From: an uncultured Myxococcaceae bacterium
Lineage (GTDB): Bacteria; Myxococcota; UBA727; JABDBI01
Assembly: GCA_964635635.1 (NCBI GenBank)
Contig: CAZWPE010000001.1
Coordinates: 107,774 to 171,773 of the forward strand
Length of the DNA: 64,000 nt
Reading direction: 5' to 3'
Position numbers and translations under genes: made by a program. Under the pieces are notes generated by a model. It searched no databases. It was not told where the DNA came from and worked only from the letters and a program-made list of their open reading frames with translations. This document shows positions 47,604 to 55,912 of the stretch, piece after piece; the stretch's first letter is position 1, and each line of letters opens with the position of its first letter.

Positions 47604-48752
47604 TCAGTTCCCACAAGCCTTAAACCCATCTATGAAACCAATACGATTATTTTTTCGATCGAAATGGATGTATTGGTTTTCCATCACGGCTTGACCTAGA
47701 ATAACGAAATCGCTGCCTGTAGGTGCAAAACCGAATACGCAGAGGTTTTCTTGTGTGCTCTTCATGTAAGATTCTGGGCGAATGGTTAGTTGGAGACCAC
47801 CTTCAAAGGTGAGGATGATATTTGGAAGATTGGCGAGTCTCACACTGCTGCAAACGAGTTCTTTCTCGCCTGCCCAAAATTTTTCGTCTGTGGGTAGATT
47901 GCTATTTGCCGCTTGAATTTGTTTCACCATGGCTGAGTGCATAGCAGATGGGATCGCGCTTACAGTTGTTCCACTGTCTAGGATGGTGCAAGTTCTAGAA
48001 CTTTCAGCTTGAGCACATGGGGTTCCACCATTTGGGTACGGATATTCTGGGAAATCTCCAAGTTTGTTATCCGAATTCACGCTACCGAGATAAGCGGACG
48101 TCGCATTTAAAACATACCAACTTTTCTCTTTAACTGGAGTATAATTGGCGTTTGTAAAGCTACCTAGGGATGAGTTGGTGCCGCCAAAAATAATTTGGCT
48201 GTTACCATCGTGTGCAACGCCACATAAGAGTGTGCTGAATTCATTACTCATGCCAGTTGTGGTAGTTAGATCTGCAAAGAAAGTATGATCCTGATTACCT
48301 TGAGCGACACCCTCATAGGCAAGACCCATGATTTGAGGAGTACATGCACTGCCTGTGCATGACTGGATGCTTCCAATGTAGTAGTTTGGAATCCCTGCAC
48401 CGCAACTGAAATCAACAAAGCCGATGTAATTTTGAACGCTGATTGTTGTTTGACCGCCATAAAATATTGGAAAGGGTGAACCTGTGAGTTCTAGATTGTT
48501 GGTGTTAAATCCGCTGCTTGTATTATCAATGACTAAATTAGAGCTTCCTGTGTCTGCTACTAATTCCATTGTCTGGCCATTGACCACTAGTGAAATGTGA
48601 TATTCGAGCGTAGAGCCGACATTTTGTCTCAGTGCGCTTCTGTTTGTTACAAATACATGCTTGAGGCCGTAGGTTGGGTTACTGCAGGGTGGGTTTGACT
48701 TGCTGCAGGCTATAAACAAGATAATCGAAAAGAGTAAACTAGAAAGTTTCAT
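47604..48752 (-). CDS. Pepsin-like (family A1) aspartic protease lipoprotein
   Basis: Lipobox LFIACS. Two catalytic motifs VADTGSSNLVI (pepsin DTGSSNLWV) and ILDSGTTVSAIP (pepsin DTGTS). Confidence 0.75.
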   Translation of the reverse strand: MKLSSLLFSIILFIACSKSNPPCSNPTYGLKHVFVTNRSALRQNVGSTLEYHISLVVNGQTMELVADTGSSNLVIDNTSSGFNTNNLELTGSPFPIFYGGQTTISVQNYIGFVDFSCGAGIPNYYIGSIQSCTGSACTPQIMGLAYEGVAQGNQDHTFFADLTTTTGMSNEFSTLLCGVAHDGNSQIIFGGTNSSLGSFTNANYTPVKEKSWYVLNATSAYLGSVNSDNKLGDFPEYPYPNGGTPCAQAESSRTCTILDSGTTVSAIPSAMHSAMVKQIQAANSNLPTDEKFWAGEKELVCSSVRLANLPNIILTFEGGLQLTIRPESYMKSTQENLCVFGFAPTGSDFVILGQAVMENQYIHFDRKNNRIGFIDGFKACGN

Positions 48753-48780
48753 AGCCGAGATGCTATGAAATCTTGGCCAG

Positions 48781-49389
48781 TTAAAGCAATAAACTTTCTA
48801 GTATTAGTTGTGCGTTAACGTGTCTGCCTAGATCCTGAACTGCTTTGAACAACTTTTCTTTGAATTCAAGTGAAGCGTTCTGATTCCAAGCCTGAAAAAT
48901 CGGTTCTAAATCTGTTTTTGATTTGACCAAGCTTTCAATCAATTCCAAACGCTCAAGCCGGCTTTCTGGAATTTCGGGAGCTTTTTCTGCGTCTAATTGG
49001 CGAGATACAGAAGGGACATTAATCCGCTGACATCTTGAAACCAGCGTTGGCAAAATTGAGCGGGTACTAGGTGCAATCAAAATAAAGAATTGATTGCCGC
49101 GTGGTTCTTCAAGTGTCTTAAGCAAGGCATTGCTTGCTTGCTTATTGAGCAGCTCAGCCTGCGGGATAATCCAAGACAAGCTCGGTGATCCTGAGATTAA
49201 ATCTCGAATCTGATCAACTTTGAGTTCAGAGCCGTTCTCAGATTCTAGTTTTACAAATCGGACATTCATCTTGGAAAGAAGTTCCACTGCAAGACGTTCT
49301 TTCTCTGTTTGGTCGTCACCTACAAAAAGTAGTGCATGCGAAAGACGATTTTTTTTCATCGCAATTTCGAATTGGTGACATAGTTGCAT
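48781..49389 (-). CDS. holB: DNA polymerase III delta-prime subunit-like (no P-loop)
   Basis: LEEPRGNQFFILIAPSTRSILPTLVSRCQ matches the delta' sensor/arginine-finger region. The ORF extends to 49449. Confidence 0.65.
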   Translation of the reverse strand: MQLCHQFEIAMKKNRLSHALLFVGDDQTEKERLAVELLSKMNVRFVKLESENGSELKVDQIRDLISGSPSLSWIIPQAELLNKQASNALLKTLEEPRGNQFFILIAPSTRSILPTLVSRCQRINVPSVSRQLDAEKAPEIPESRLERLELIESLVKSKTDLEPIFQAWNQNASLEFKEKLFKAVQDLGRHVNAQLILESLLL

Positions 49390-49617
49390 AAATAGAAGTC
49401 CTCCCAAATAGGAAGAAACGCAATTACGCAATCTTTGTCCCATTTGCAAACCGGCTCAAGTCCCTGAAAATATTTTGATTTTAAAATATTAAAGAAATAT
49501 TTTGTTTTGTAAAGAAAATAATCTAGAACGCTCGACCCATCGTATGGGTTTAAGACAAGATAATAATAGATAAAAGGTTTTCGTTTGTGGAAACCCAGGT
49601 CTAAGGAGGATTTTACA

Positions 49618-50199
49618 ATGGCTGAAAAAGTCGTACGTGCAGGGATTGAGCGTAAAAAAGGGTGGCTTTACTATTTAGATAAGAACTTAAATGTATATAG
49701 AGTTAAAATGGTTCGCGGTGGCGAAAAGAAAGCAAAGGGTGAACGCCCAGAGCTGGTTCTTAAGACCGATATGAGAAGAGACCAGAACTATTTGTATTAC
49801 GTAGATAAGGCAGGGGACATTTCCCGTGTCAAGGCAAGCCGAGGAGGCACTGCCCGTAAAGGTAAAAAACGCCGCAGAACCGCTGCGCAAAGGAAAGCAA
49901 TGTTAGAGAAGAAGAAAGCTCTGAAGAAGAAGAAAGCTGAAGCTAAGAAGAAAAAAGCCGCTGCTAAGAAGAAGAAATCAGCAGCTTTGAAAGCTAAGAA
50001 GAAAGCTGCAGCAGCTAAGAAGAAAGTAGCTAAGAAGTCTAAGAAAGTTAAGGCTAAAAAAGCTGTTAAAAAGCCAAAAGCTAAGAAAGTAGTCAAAAAA
50101 GCTAAGGCTAAAAAAGCTGTCAAAAAGCCAGCTAAGAAAAAAGCCGCTCCTAAAAAGAGCCATGGCAAAAAGAAAGTAGCTAAGAAGAAAGCTGCTTAA
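49618..50199 (+). CDS. Histone H1-like Lys/Ala-rich protein with a duplicated N-terminal module
   Basis: taaggagga RBS 7 nt upstream. Two 35-aa repeats (GWLYYLDKNLNVYRVK.. / NYLYYVDKAGDISRVK..) followed by an about 100-aa AKKKK-type tail encoded by low-complexity tandem DNA. Confidence 0.7.
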   Translation: MAEKVVRAGIERKKGWLYYLDKNLNVYRVKMVRGGEKKAKGERPELVLKTDMRRDQNYLYYVDKAGDISRVKASRGGTARKGKKRRRTAAQRKAMLEKKKALKKKKAEAKKKKAAAKKKKSAALKAKKKAAAAKKKVAKKSKKVKAKKAVKKPKAKKVVKKAKAKKAVKKPAKKKAAPKKSHGKKKVAKKKAA

Positions 50200-50209
50200 T
50201 AGCGCTTTC

Positions 50210-50252
50210 CCTATAACCCTCTCCCTCTGGGAGAGGGCAGGGAGAGGGATAG
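50210..50252. repeat. Family-1-like GA/CT palindromic element, intergenic, immediately upstream of a terminator
   Basis: CCCTCTCCCTCTGGGAGAGGGCAGGGAGAGGG. Confidence 0.6.
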
Positions 50253-50253
50253 A

Positions 50254-50286
50254 CCCCCGGGGGATTATTACCCGGGGTTTTTATTT
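50254..50286 (+). terminator. Rho-independent terminator (ccccgggggattattacccggggttttt) after the histone-like gene
   Basis: GC stem plus T-run, preceded by a family-1 palindromic element. Confidence 0.65.
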
Positions 50287-50302
50287 GTGATAGGCTCAAA
50301 CA

Positions 50303-51082
50303 ATGGCCTTTTGGATATTTTTGTGGGGCGCCTGTATTGGTAGCTTCTTAAACGTTGTTATTCTGCGCCTGCAAAGCAGCGAACATAGCTTCTGGACTAA
50401 GCGGTCTTACTGTTTTCATTGCCATAAGACCATTCAATGGCATGACTTGGTTCCTATATTTTCTTGGATTTGGTTGCGTGGGCGGTGCAGATTTTGCCAC
50501 GCTCGAATTTCGCCAAGATATGCCCTCGTTGAGTTGTTAACAGGCTGTTTGGCGGCTGTTAGCTGGCTTTATGCGCCTGATTTGATGGGTATGGCTGATG
50601 TTTTTGTGTTTTGTGGCCTGCTTCTAGCAATAGGACTGATTGATTTAGATACCTGGCTTATTCCTGTTCCACTGTTGGTTATTTTGATAGCCGTTGGGCT
50701 TGGGTTTGGATTGTTGGAGGGAGAAGCTGAATTCCTTAATCGTTTATGTGGGTTAGTGCTGGGATTTGGTACTCTGGCGCTATTTTTATTGGTTTCGACT
50801 TGGGTTTTGCGTCGCTTAGGCAGGATTGGGCCTGGCGAGTATGCCATGGGTTGGGGGGACCCGGTCTTATTGGGTGGAATTGGCGCGGGTTTGGGTTGGT
50901 TTCCGCTATCGTTTGTAGTCACCTTAGCCAGCCTTCAGGCGGTTTTGCTATATGGATTCTTTTCGTGGGCAAGAAAGCCGCTGCCAGATGACACATGGGT
51001 TCCTCCGGAGCGTTCAATGCCATTTGGACCATTTTTAGCACTCACTGGAGTTGAATTGAGTCTGTATTATTTGTTATATTAA
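50303..51082 (+). CDS. pilD: Type IV prepilin leader peptidase (A24 family)
   Basis: GSFLNVVILR, zinc-binding CxxC..CxxC (CFHCHK..CRFCH), DUF1805/peptidase A24 TM core. Confidence 0.85.
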   Translation: MAFWIFLWGACIGSFLNVVILRLQSSEHSFWTKRSYCFHCHKTIQWHDLVPIFSWIWLRGRCRFCHARISPRYALVELLTGCLAAVSWLYAPDLMGMADVFVFCGLLLAIGLIDLDTWLIPVPLLVILIAVGLGFGLLEGEAEFLNRLCGLVLGFGTLALFLLVSTWVLRRLGRIGPGEYAMGWGDPVLLGGIGAGLGWFPLSFVVTLASLQAVLLYGFFSWARKPLPDDTWVPPERSMPFGPFLALTGVELSLYYLLY

Positions 51083-51087
51083 AATTA

Positions 51088-51510
51088 ATGAAAGTATTTA
51101 TACTGATTATTTTTAATTTTACAGTCATCTTTGCGTTTAGTTTGTTTTTTGAAAGAAGCAATCAGGGTGATTTATTTAGAAATCAACAGCAGGAAAAAGC
51201 GCTCTTAAAAAATCAGGAAGTCTGGTTTAGGGCTTCCGATTATATTGCGCGCAGAGATTTTTTGGCATTGCATTTAAGTGAATTGGGGCAGGAGATCGAA
51301 TCGAATCGGACTCGAATTTCAGATTTAGCGCGCTGGATTAATGAAACACCCAAAAATATTTCTCTTTATGAATTATCGATGGATGAAGATTCAATCGATG
51401 TATCTGGTTTGGCTAAATCAGAAAAAGCCTTGCAGTCTTATCTGCAAGATCGTGATTTAAAACTTCTCTCGGAGAAGGGAAAAGTCTTTAAAGCCTCGGG
51501 GGCACTATGA
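51088..51510 (+). CDS. PilN-like type IV pilus assembly protein
   Basis: N-terminal TM helix, coiled coil, and C-terminal ISLYELSMDEDSIDVSGLAKSEKALQSYLQ resembling the PilN periplasmic domain. Confidence 0.5.
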   Translation: MKVFILIIFNFTVIFAFSLFFERSNQGDLFRNQQQEKALLKNQEVWFRASDYIARRDFLALHLSELGQEIESNRTRISDLARWINETPKNISLYELSMDEDSIDVSGLAKSEKALQSYLQDRDLKLLSEKGKVFKASGAL

Positions 51511-52355
51511 GATCAGTGTTGAAGTCAATACTCGTTATTTTAGTGATTGTGGCTAGCTGGGTAGGTGCTTACGAGTTGGTTTTTAAAAATCAACTTGCTG
51601 AGAAAGCTCGGCTGGTTAAACAAATGCGAGAGCAAGCTTGCGTGGTTGATGAACTTAAAAAGCTCTCCCGTGAAGCTACTCCTGCGCGCTATGAGAGTAT
51701 TTTGAGTCCAGCTTTAGAAACATTGGTAGAAAAAGTTCCGGCTACTCCGGATGTTTCAGAATTGATTACAGAATTAACTGCGTTAAGCAAGAAAGCAAAA
51801 ATTAGTTTGGTGAGTTATGAAACAACTCAAAATCAGGAAAGTATTCTTGCGGAAATTCGAGTTGCAGGCGGAGTAAAGCAGGTATTTGAATTTTTGGCGG
51901 GTTTGTCTAATCTTGAACGTTTGGTTTTGGTTGAACGTTTCAACTATGAAAACCGTAGCGCTGAAATCTGGTTGAAAGCTCCGTGGGGCCAGTTCAATCT
52001 GGGTGAAGTTTTAGCGAGGCATATACCCTACCACTGTGGAGCTGCTGAACAGTTAAATTTTAGTTCAATTGAGATTCCGTGGCTTTCAGTGTTGAGTCAA
52101 AAAATTTCTCCAGTTACTCGAAACCCATTTTTGGAGCGTTCTCAACATATAACTGCACGCGGCCTACATTTAGTGGGCCTTGTGCAGCAACGCTCAGCTT
52201 GGTTGGCATTGGTTGAAGATGAACATGGTTTTGGTCAAGTGATTCGTGTTGGGGATAAGCTGTCTAATGGCTTTCAAGTGCTAGGAATCTCTCGGCAAGG
52301 TCTTTCACTGGCGAGTGGGAACATTCGGCAAACTATGACTTGGAGGAAACCATGA
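51507..52355 (+). CDS. PilO-like / PilP-like fusion protein
   Basis: TM helix plus PilO-like core (IRVAGGVKQVFEFLAGLSNLERLVLVERFNY). C-terminal PilP-like beta-domain (HLVGLVQQRSAWLALVEDEHGFGQVIRVGDKLSNGFQVLGI). Confidence 0.5.
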   Translation: MRSVLKSILVILVIVASWVGAYELVFKNQLAEKARLVKQMREQACVVDELKKLSREATPARYESILSPALETLVEKVPATPDVSELITELTALSKKAKISLVSYETTQNQESILAEIRVAGGVKQVFEFLAGLSNLERLVLVERFNYENRSAEIWLKAPWGQFNLGEVLARHIPYHCGAAEQLNFSSIEIPWLSVLSQKISPVTRNPFLERSQHITARGLHLVGLVQQRSAWLALVEDEHGFGQVIRVGDKLSNGFQVLGISRQGLSLASGNIRQTMTWRKP

Positions 52356-52687
52356 TGCGTTTATTTTTGACCATGTTTCTAATCTCGAGTTTAGGTTTTG
52401 CACAATCTATTGTTTTGGGGCCAAGGAGACATAAAGTTCCAAAAGGCCTGATTAAAAAGCCGATGATTGATCGGCGAAACCCAAAAATCGACTTTGTTGA
52501 GTTTAGGGAAGCGACCATGGGAAACGTGCTTTCATTAATTAAAAAATATGGCGGCATTAAAGGTCAGTATGAGATCGATATGTCCGCCGAGGTGAATTTA
52601 AGACTGGTGGATACGAATTGGTCCGCTTTGAGAAATACCGTTCTAGAAGAAGCAAGACCGCTTGAAAAATCAATGCGCTCGCGGTAG
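52340..52687 (+). pseudogene. Secretin N-terminal (STN/Secretin_N) domain-only ORF; likely truncated pilQ remnant
   Basis: Signal peptide plus IDFVEFREATMGNVLSLIKKYGGIKGQYEIDMSAEVNLRLVDTNWSALRNTVLEEA. Stop at 52687, efp begins at 52699, and no secretin C-domain follows. Confidence 0.45.
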
Positions 52688-52698
52688 TAACTGCCTTC

Positions 52699-53256
52699 AT
52701 GTACAGTACATCCGACTTTAAGAGGGGCCTTAGAATACTTTTTCAAAACGAGCCCTACCAGATTGTTGAATTTGAACACCACAAGCCAGGTAAGGGCGCT
52801 GCGATTGTTCGAACCAGGCTTAAAAATTTGCTTACAGGCCTTACAATAGACCCAACTTTCCGTTCGGGTGACAAAGTAGATGTGCCAGACCTTAACGACC
52901 AAGAAGTTAATTTCTTGTATGAGTCAGATGGCGTGTATCACTTCATGAATCCTGTTTCTTTTGAACAGTTTGAAGTGCCTACTAAAATTTTGGGTGAAAG
53001 TGCGCAGTTTTTGATTGAAGGCCTAACGGTCTCATTACTCTTTTATATGGGTCGCGCGGTTAATATTGAGCTGCCGAAGAACGTTGTGCTTGAGGTAACC
53101 TCATGCGACCCTGCTGTGCGCGGGGATACTGTCAGTGGTGCAATGAAGCCAGCAACTTTCCACACGGGTTTCAGGTGTCAGGTCCCATTGTTTGTCAATG
53201 AGGGTGACAAGATTAGGATTGATACCCGAACTGGTGAATATTTAGAGCGTGCCTAA
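52699..53256 (+). CDS. efp: Elongation factor P
   Basis: MYSTSDFKRGL..HHKPGKGAAIVRTRLKNL with the conserved K/R beta-hairpin. Confidence 0.9.
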   Translation: MYSTSDFKRGLRILFQNEPYQIVEFEHHKPGKGAAIVRTRLKNLLTGLTIDPTFRSGDKVDVPDLNDQEVNFLYESDGVYHFMNPVSFEQFEVPTKILGESAQFLIEGLTVSLLFYMGRAVNIELPKNVVLEVTSCDPAVRGDTVSGAMKPATFHTGFRCQVPLFVNEGDKIRIDTRTGEYLERA

Positions 53257-53448
53257 ATATCTATCACCACCACTTGATGCTCATGAGACTGTTCAGTCTC
53301 CCCAGTGTCGTCTGGTGACGGGTATTCTAAGTCTGACTCGTCTGGCGTTGGAAGCCTAACGCTTTCATCGTGTTTTTTTTCTCGTTCGCGTTTGCGTTCG
53401 TTTTCATCTTCAATCACCCAAGGGGGTGGAAGTCGGTTGGCCAATCTC

Positions 53449-54486
53449 ATGAGTTTAGAATATCAGGCTTTTCAGTTTGCGAAATCAAAACATGCCTCTG
53501 ATCTTGTGTCAGATATTCGTGAGTTGTGGGAGGCTTTGACTGTTGAGCGCTCAGAAGGCCTGGCTCAGTACTTTCGCAAGCCAGGTTTAAGACGCGCTTA
53601 TCTTGGTTACTATGTTCCAATGTATGCGATGAAAATCGCGGCTCTTTTGCGTGATTTGAATTTGCCGCTTAAAAAACCGAATGTACTGGATTTAGGCGCA
53701 GGACCTTTATCGGCTGTCTGGGGCGCCCAGATTGCATATGGCGAATTAGGCCAAGTTCTCGCGGTAGACCAAGATTTAGGACCTATGAAGGCAGGTCTTG
53801 AGTTGCTTGATGCAATTTCACCTGTGAAAAATATTCATTTGGCGCGTGCAAATCTCAAGGGTCCGCCGAATTTTTGGAAACCAAGGTTCAAGCCAGATTT
53901 AATTTTGATGGCTCATGTTCTAAATGAGTTTGGTTCTGGTGAGCGATATTTAGAAGATAAAAAGATGCTCTTGGTTCATGCGGTGAATCAATTGGCGCCG
54001 GACGGTATTATTGTGGTTATAGAGCCAGCCTCAAAGGTTCCGACCCGTGATTTAATGCTGCTCAGAGACTGGTTATATGAAAGTGGCCAAGTGGAAATTT
54101 TAGCGCCTTGCCCGCTCAATGTTGCACGCTGTCCTTTGTTGGTAGACAGAAACAACTGGTGTCATGCTGATCTGCCGTATCAGCGTCCTGAGGAATTGCG
54201 AGAAATCGATTCGAAAATTGGTTTTGAGCGAGAAGTTTTAAAATGCAGCTATCTAGTGATTGCTCGCCGTGGATTTAAGTACGAAAAAACGAATTGCCGA
54301 ATCGTGAGCGGTCATATGAACGCACGTGGAGTAGATAGACGCTATGCATGCATGCCAGAGGGTTTGATGACTCTTTCCCAAAATGTTCATGAAAAACCAG
54401 TCATATTGGCATCACTCAGGCGCGGCGAGTCGGTAAGCCCAGAATCCTGGCCCAAAAAGCTTGTAAATATTTCCAAAGAATCTTAA
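53449..54486 (+). CDS. Rsm22-family SAM-dependent methyltransferase
   Basis: VLDLGAGP SAM motif and C-terminal Cys cluster APCPLNVARCPLLVDRNNWCH. The upstream Ser-rich extension (53305-53448) is judged non-coding. Confidence 0.7.
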   Translation: MSLEYQAFQFAKSKHASDLVSDIRELWEALTVERSEGLAQYFRKPGLRRAYLGYYVPMYAMKIAALLRDLNLPLKKPNVLDLGAGPLSAVWGAQIAYGELGQVLAVDQDLGPMKAGLELLDAISPVKNIHLARANLKGPPNFWKPRFKPDLILMAHVLNEFGSGERYLEDKKMLLVHAVNQLAPDGIIVVIEPASKVPTRDLMLLRDWLYESGQVEILAPCPLNVARCPLLVDRNNWCHADLPYQRPEELREIDSKIGFEREVLKCSYLVIARRGFKYEKTNCRIVSGHMNARGVDRRYACMPEGLMTLSQNVHEKPVILASLRRGESVSPESWPKKLVNISKES

Positions 54487-54498
54487 GTTTTTTGCCAG

Positions 54499-55557
54499 AT
54501 GGCAGAGCAGGGCGAAGAGAAAACAGAAGAGGCGACTCCGCAGAAGTTGCGCAAGGCGCGTGAGAAAGGCCAAATCGCCAAGAGTCAAGATTTGGCATCA
54601 GCGTTTGTTTTCTTTTCTGCGTTGGGTGCTCTGGTTGTTTCACTGAGCTGGATGGTTCAGAAGATAAATGACCTTTTTATGCTCAGTGTCCAGTCAATGC
54701 ATGCAGAGCATATGGGCAAGGCAGTTTTAACTGTTGTCCGAGAAGGTGGCTGGACTTGGTTGCTCGTATCGATCCCAATCGTACTAGGTGCTTTTATTGG
54801 TGCGCTGGTGGGAAACTATTTGCAGGTTGGCTTTATGTTTACGCTGGAGCCACTGAAACCTCAGTTTAACAAAATTAACCCGATCAACGGTATTAAGCAG
54901 ATGTTTAGTGTCAAGCGTTTGGTCGAGCTTTTGAAGCAGATGGCCAAGTTTATCATGGTTTCTGCTGTGGTTTATTTAGTGCTCAAAGACGCAGTGTTTA
55001 ACTTAGTAAACATGCAAAGTCTGCAGCTGACCGAAGCGTTGCCAATTATTTATGCGATTATTAAGGATATTTTTCTTAAAGTTGCTGTGTTGTTTTTGAT
55101 TATTGCTGTGCTTGACTGGTTTTGGCAGCGGCATAGTTTTTTAAAAAGCATGCGGATGACCAAGTACGAAATCAAACAGGAATACAAAGAGTCAGAAGGG
55201 GACCCTCAGCTAAAATCAGAGCGAAAGCATTTGGCTCAAGAGCTCATTATGCATGGCAGCCAGCAAGCAGTGAAGAAAGCAGATGCCGTGGTAACCAATC
55301 CAGATCACTATGCCGTGGCGATTAAATATGACACGAAAGAACACGCAGCTCCAATTGTTGTCGCGAAGGGAATGAACAAGAATGCGGAGGCAATTAAAAA
55401 AATTGCAAATCAATATCGCGTTCCGATTATTAGAAATGTTAGTTTAGCCCAGGCACTTCATAAGCTTGACTTAGACGAAGAAATCCCAGAAGAGCTTTAT
55501 GATGCTGTCGCGGAAGTTTTGAACTTTGTTTACGAGTTGAGGAAGAAAAATGGCTGA
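54499..55557 (+). CDS. Type III secretion export-apparatus switch protein, SctU/YscU/FlhB family (autocleavage motif variant NPDH)
   Basis: Four TM helices plus cytoplasmic domain with VVTNPDHYAVAIKYD (canonical NPTH) and C-terminal PIIRNVSLAQALH. Confidence 0.85.
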   Translation: MAEQGEEKTEEATPQKLRKAREKGQIAKSQDLASAFVFFSALGALVVSLSWMVQKINDLFMLSVQSMHAEHMGKAVLTVVREGGWTWLLVSIPIVLGAFIGALVGNYLQVGFMFTLEPLKPQFNKINPINGIKQMFSVKRLVELLKQMAKFIMVSAVVYLVLKDAVFNLVNMQSLQLTEALPIIYAIIKDIFLKVAVLFLIIAVLDWFWQRHSFLKSMRMTKYEIKQEYKESEGDPQLKSERKHLAQELIMHGSQQAVKKADAVVTNPDHYAVAIKYDTKEHAAPIVVAKGMNKNAEAIKKIANQYRVPIIRNVSLAQALHKLDLDEEIPEELYDAVAEVLNFVYELRKKNG

Positions 55558-55912
55558 TAGAATTTCGGGCCCCTTGGCCAGTGGTGTTGGACTAGGAAGC
55601 GTATCGCCAGCTGATATCGAGTCGCTTAAACCAAAACCGGAGCAAGCTCAGCCCTCAGCTATTGCGCCATTGGCTACGCAAAACCAGTTGAAAGCAGCAG
55701 GTTCAGGCATGCGTGCCCTTGATTCTGGAAGACTTGAATCGCCAGGTAAGACTTTTATGTCAACCATGGCAACTCGTCACCATGTCGGACGCATACTGCA
55801 GAAACTGCCTCAGACAGAGGATAACTTTGGGAAGCTCGAGCCAATGGTGAAAATTCTCAAGTCCTATCATGCGTGGACCAACGATATCGTTAGAGTTTTG
55901 GGGAGAGTATGA
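55550..55912 (+). CDS. Hypothetical protein translationally coupled between sctU and the TPR chaperone gene
   Basis: ATGGCTGA overlap with the sctU stop and ATGA overlap with the downstream start. Confidence 0.5.
   Translation: MADRISGPLASGVGLGSVSPADIESLKPKPEQAQPSAIAPLATQNQLKAAGSGMRALDSGRLESPGKTFMSTMATRHHVGRILQKLPQTEDNFGKLEPMVKILKSYHAWTNDIVRVLGRV

Noticed and set aside
47591-47610. GGGCGGGTGAGGGCTC after the acyl-CoA dehydrogenase stop, sharing the GGGTGAGGG tail motif of family-1 elements
   Set aside because: Only the tail motif is present with no palindromic core. Too short to call a copy, possibly a degenerate remnant.
49797-50168. 123-aa Phe/Leu/Ala-rich ORF antisense to the histone-like gene
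   Set aside because: Reverse complement of the AAG/GCT-rich lysine-alanine tail; an artefact of low-complexity DNA.
53253-53448. Ser-rich N-terminal extension of the methyltransferase ORF (+) and an acidic 65-aa ORF (-) between efp and the methyltransferase
   Set aside because: Both are low-complexity and mutually overlapping. An ATG at 53449 gives a typical Rsm22-like N-terminus, and the region contains a weak hairpin plus T-run consistent with the efp 3'UTR. Treated as non-coding.
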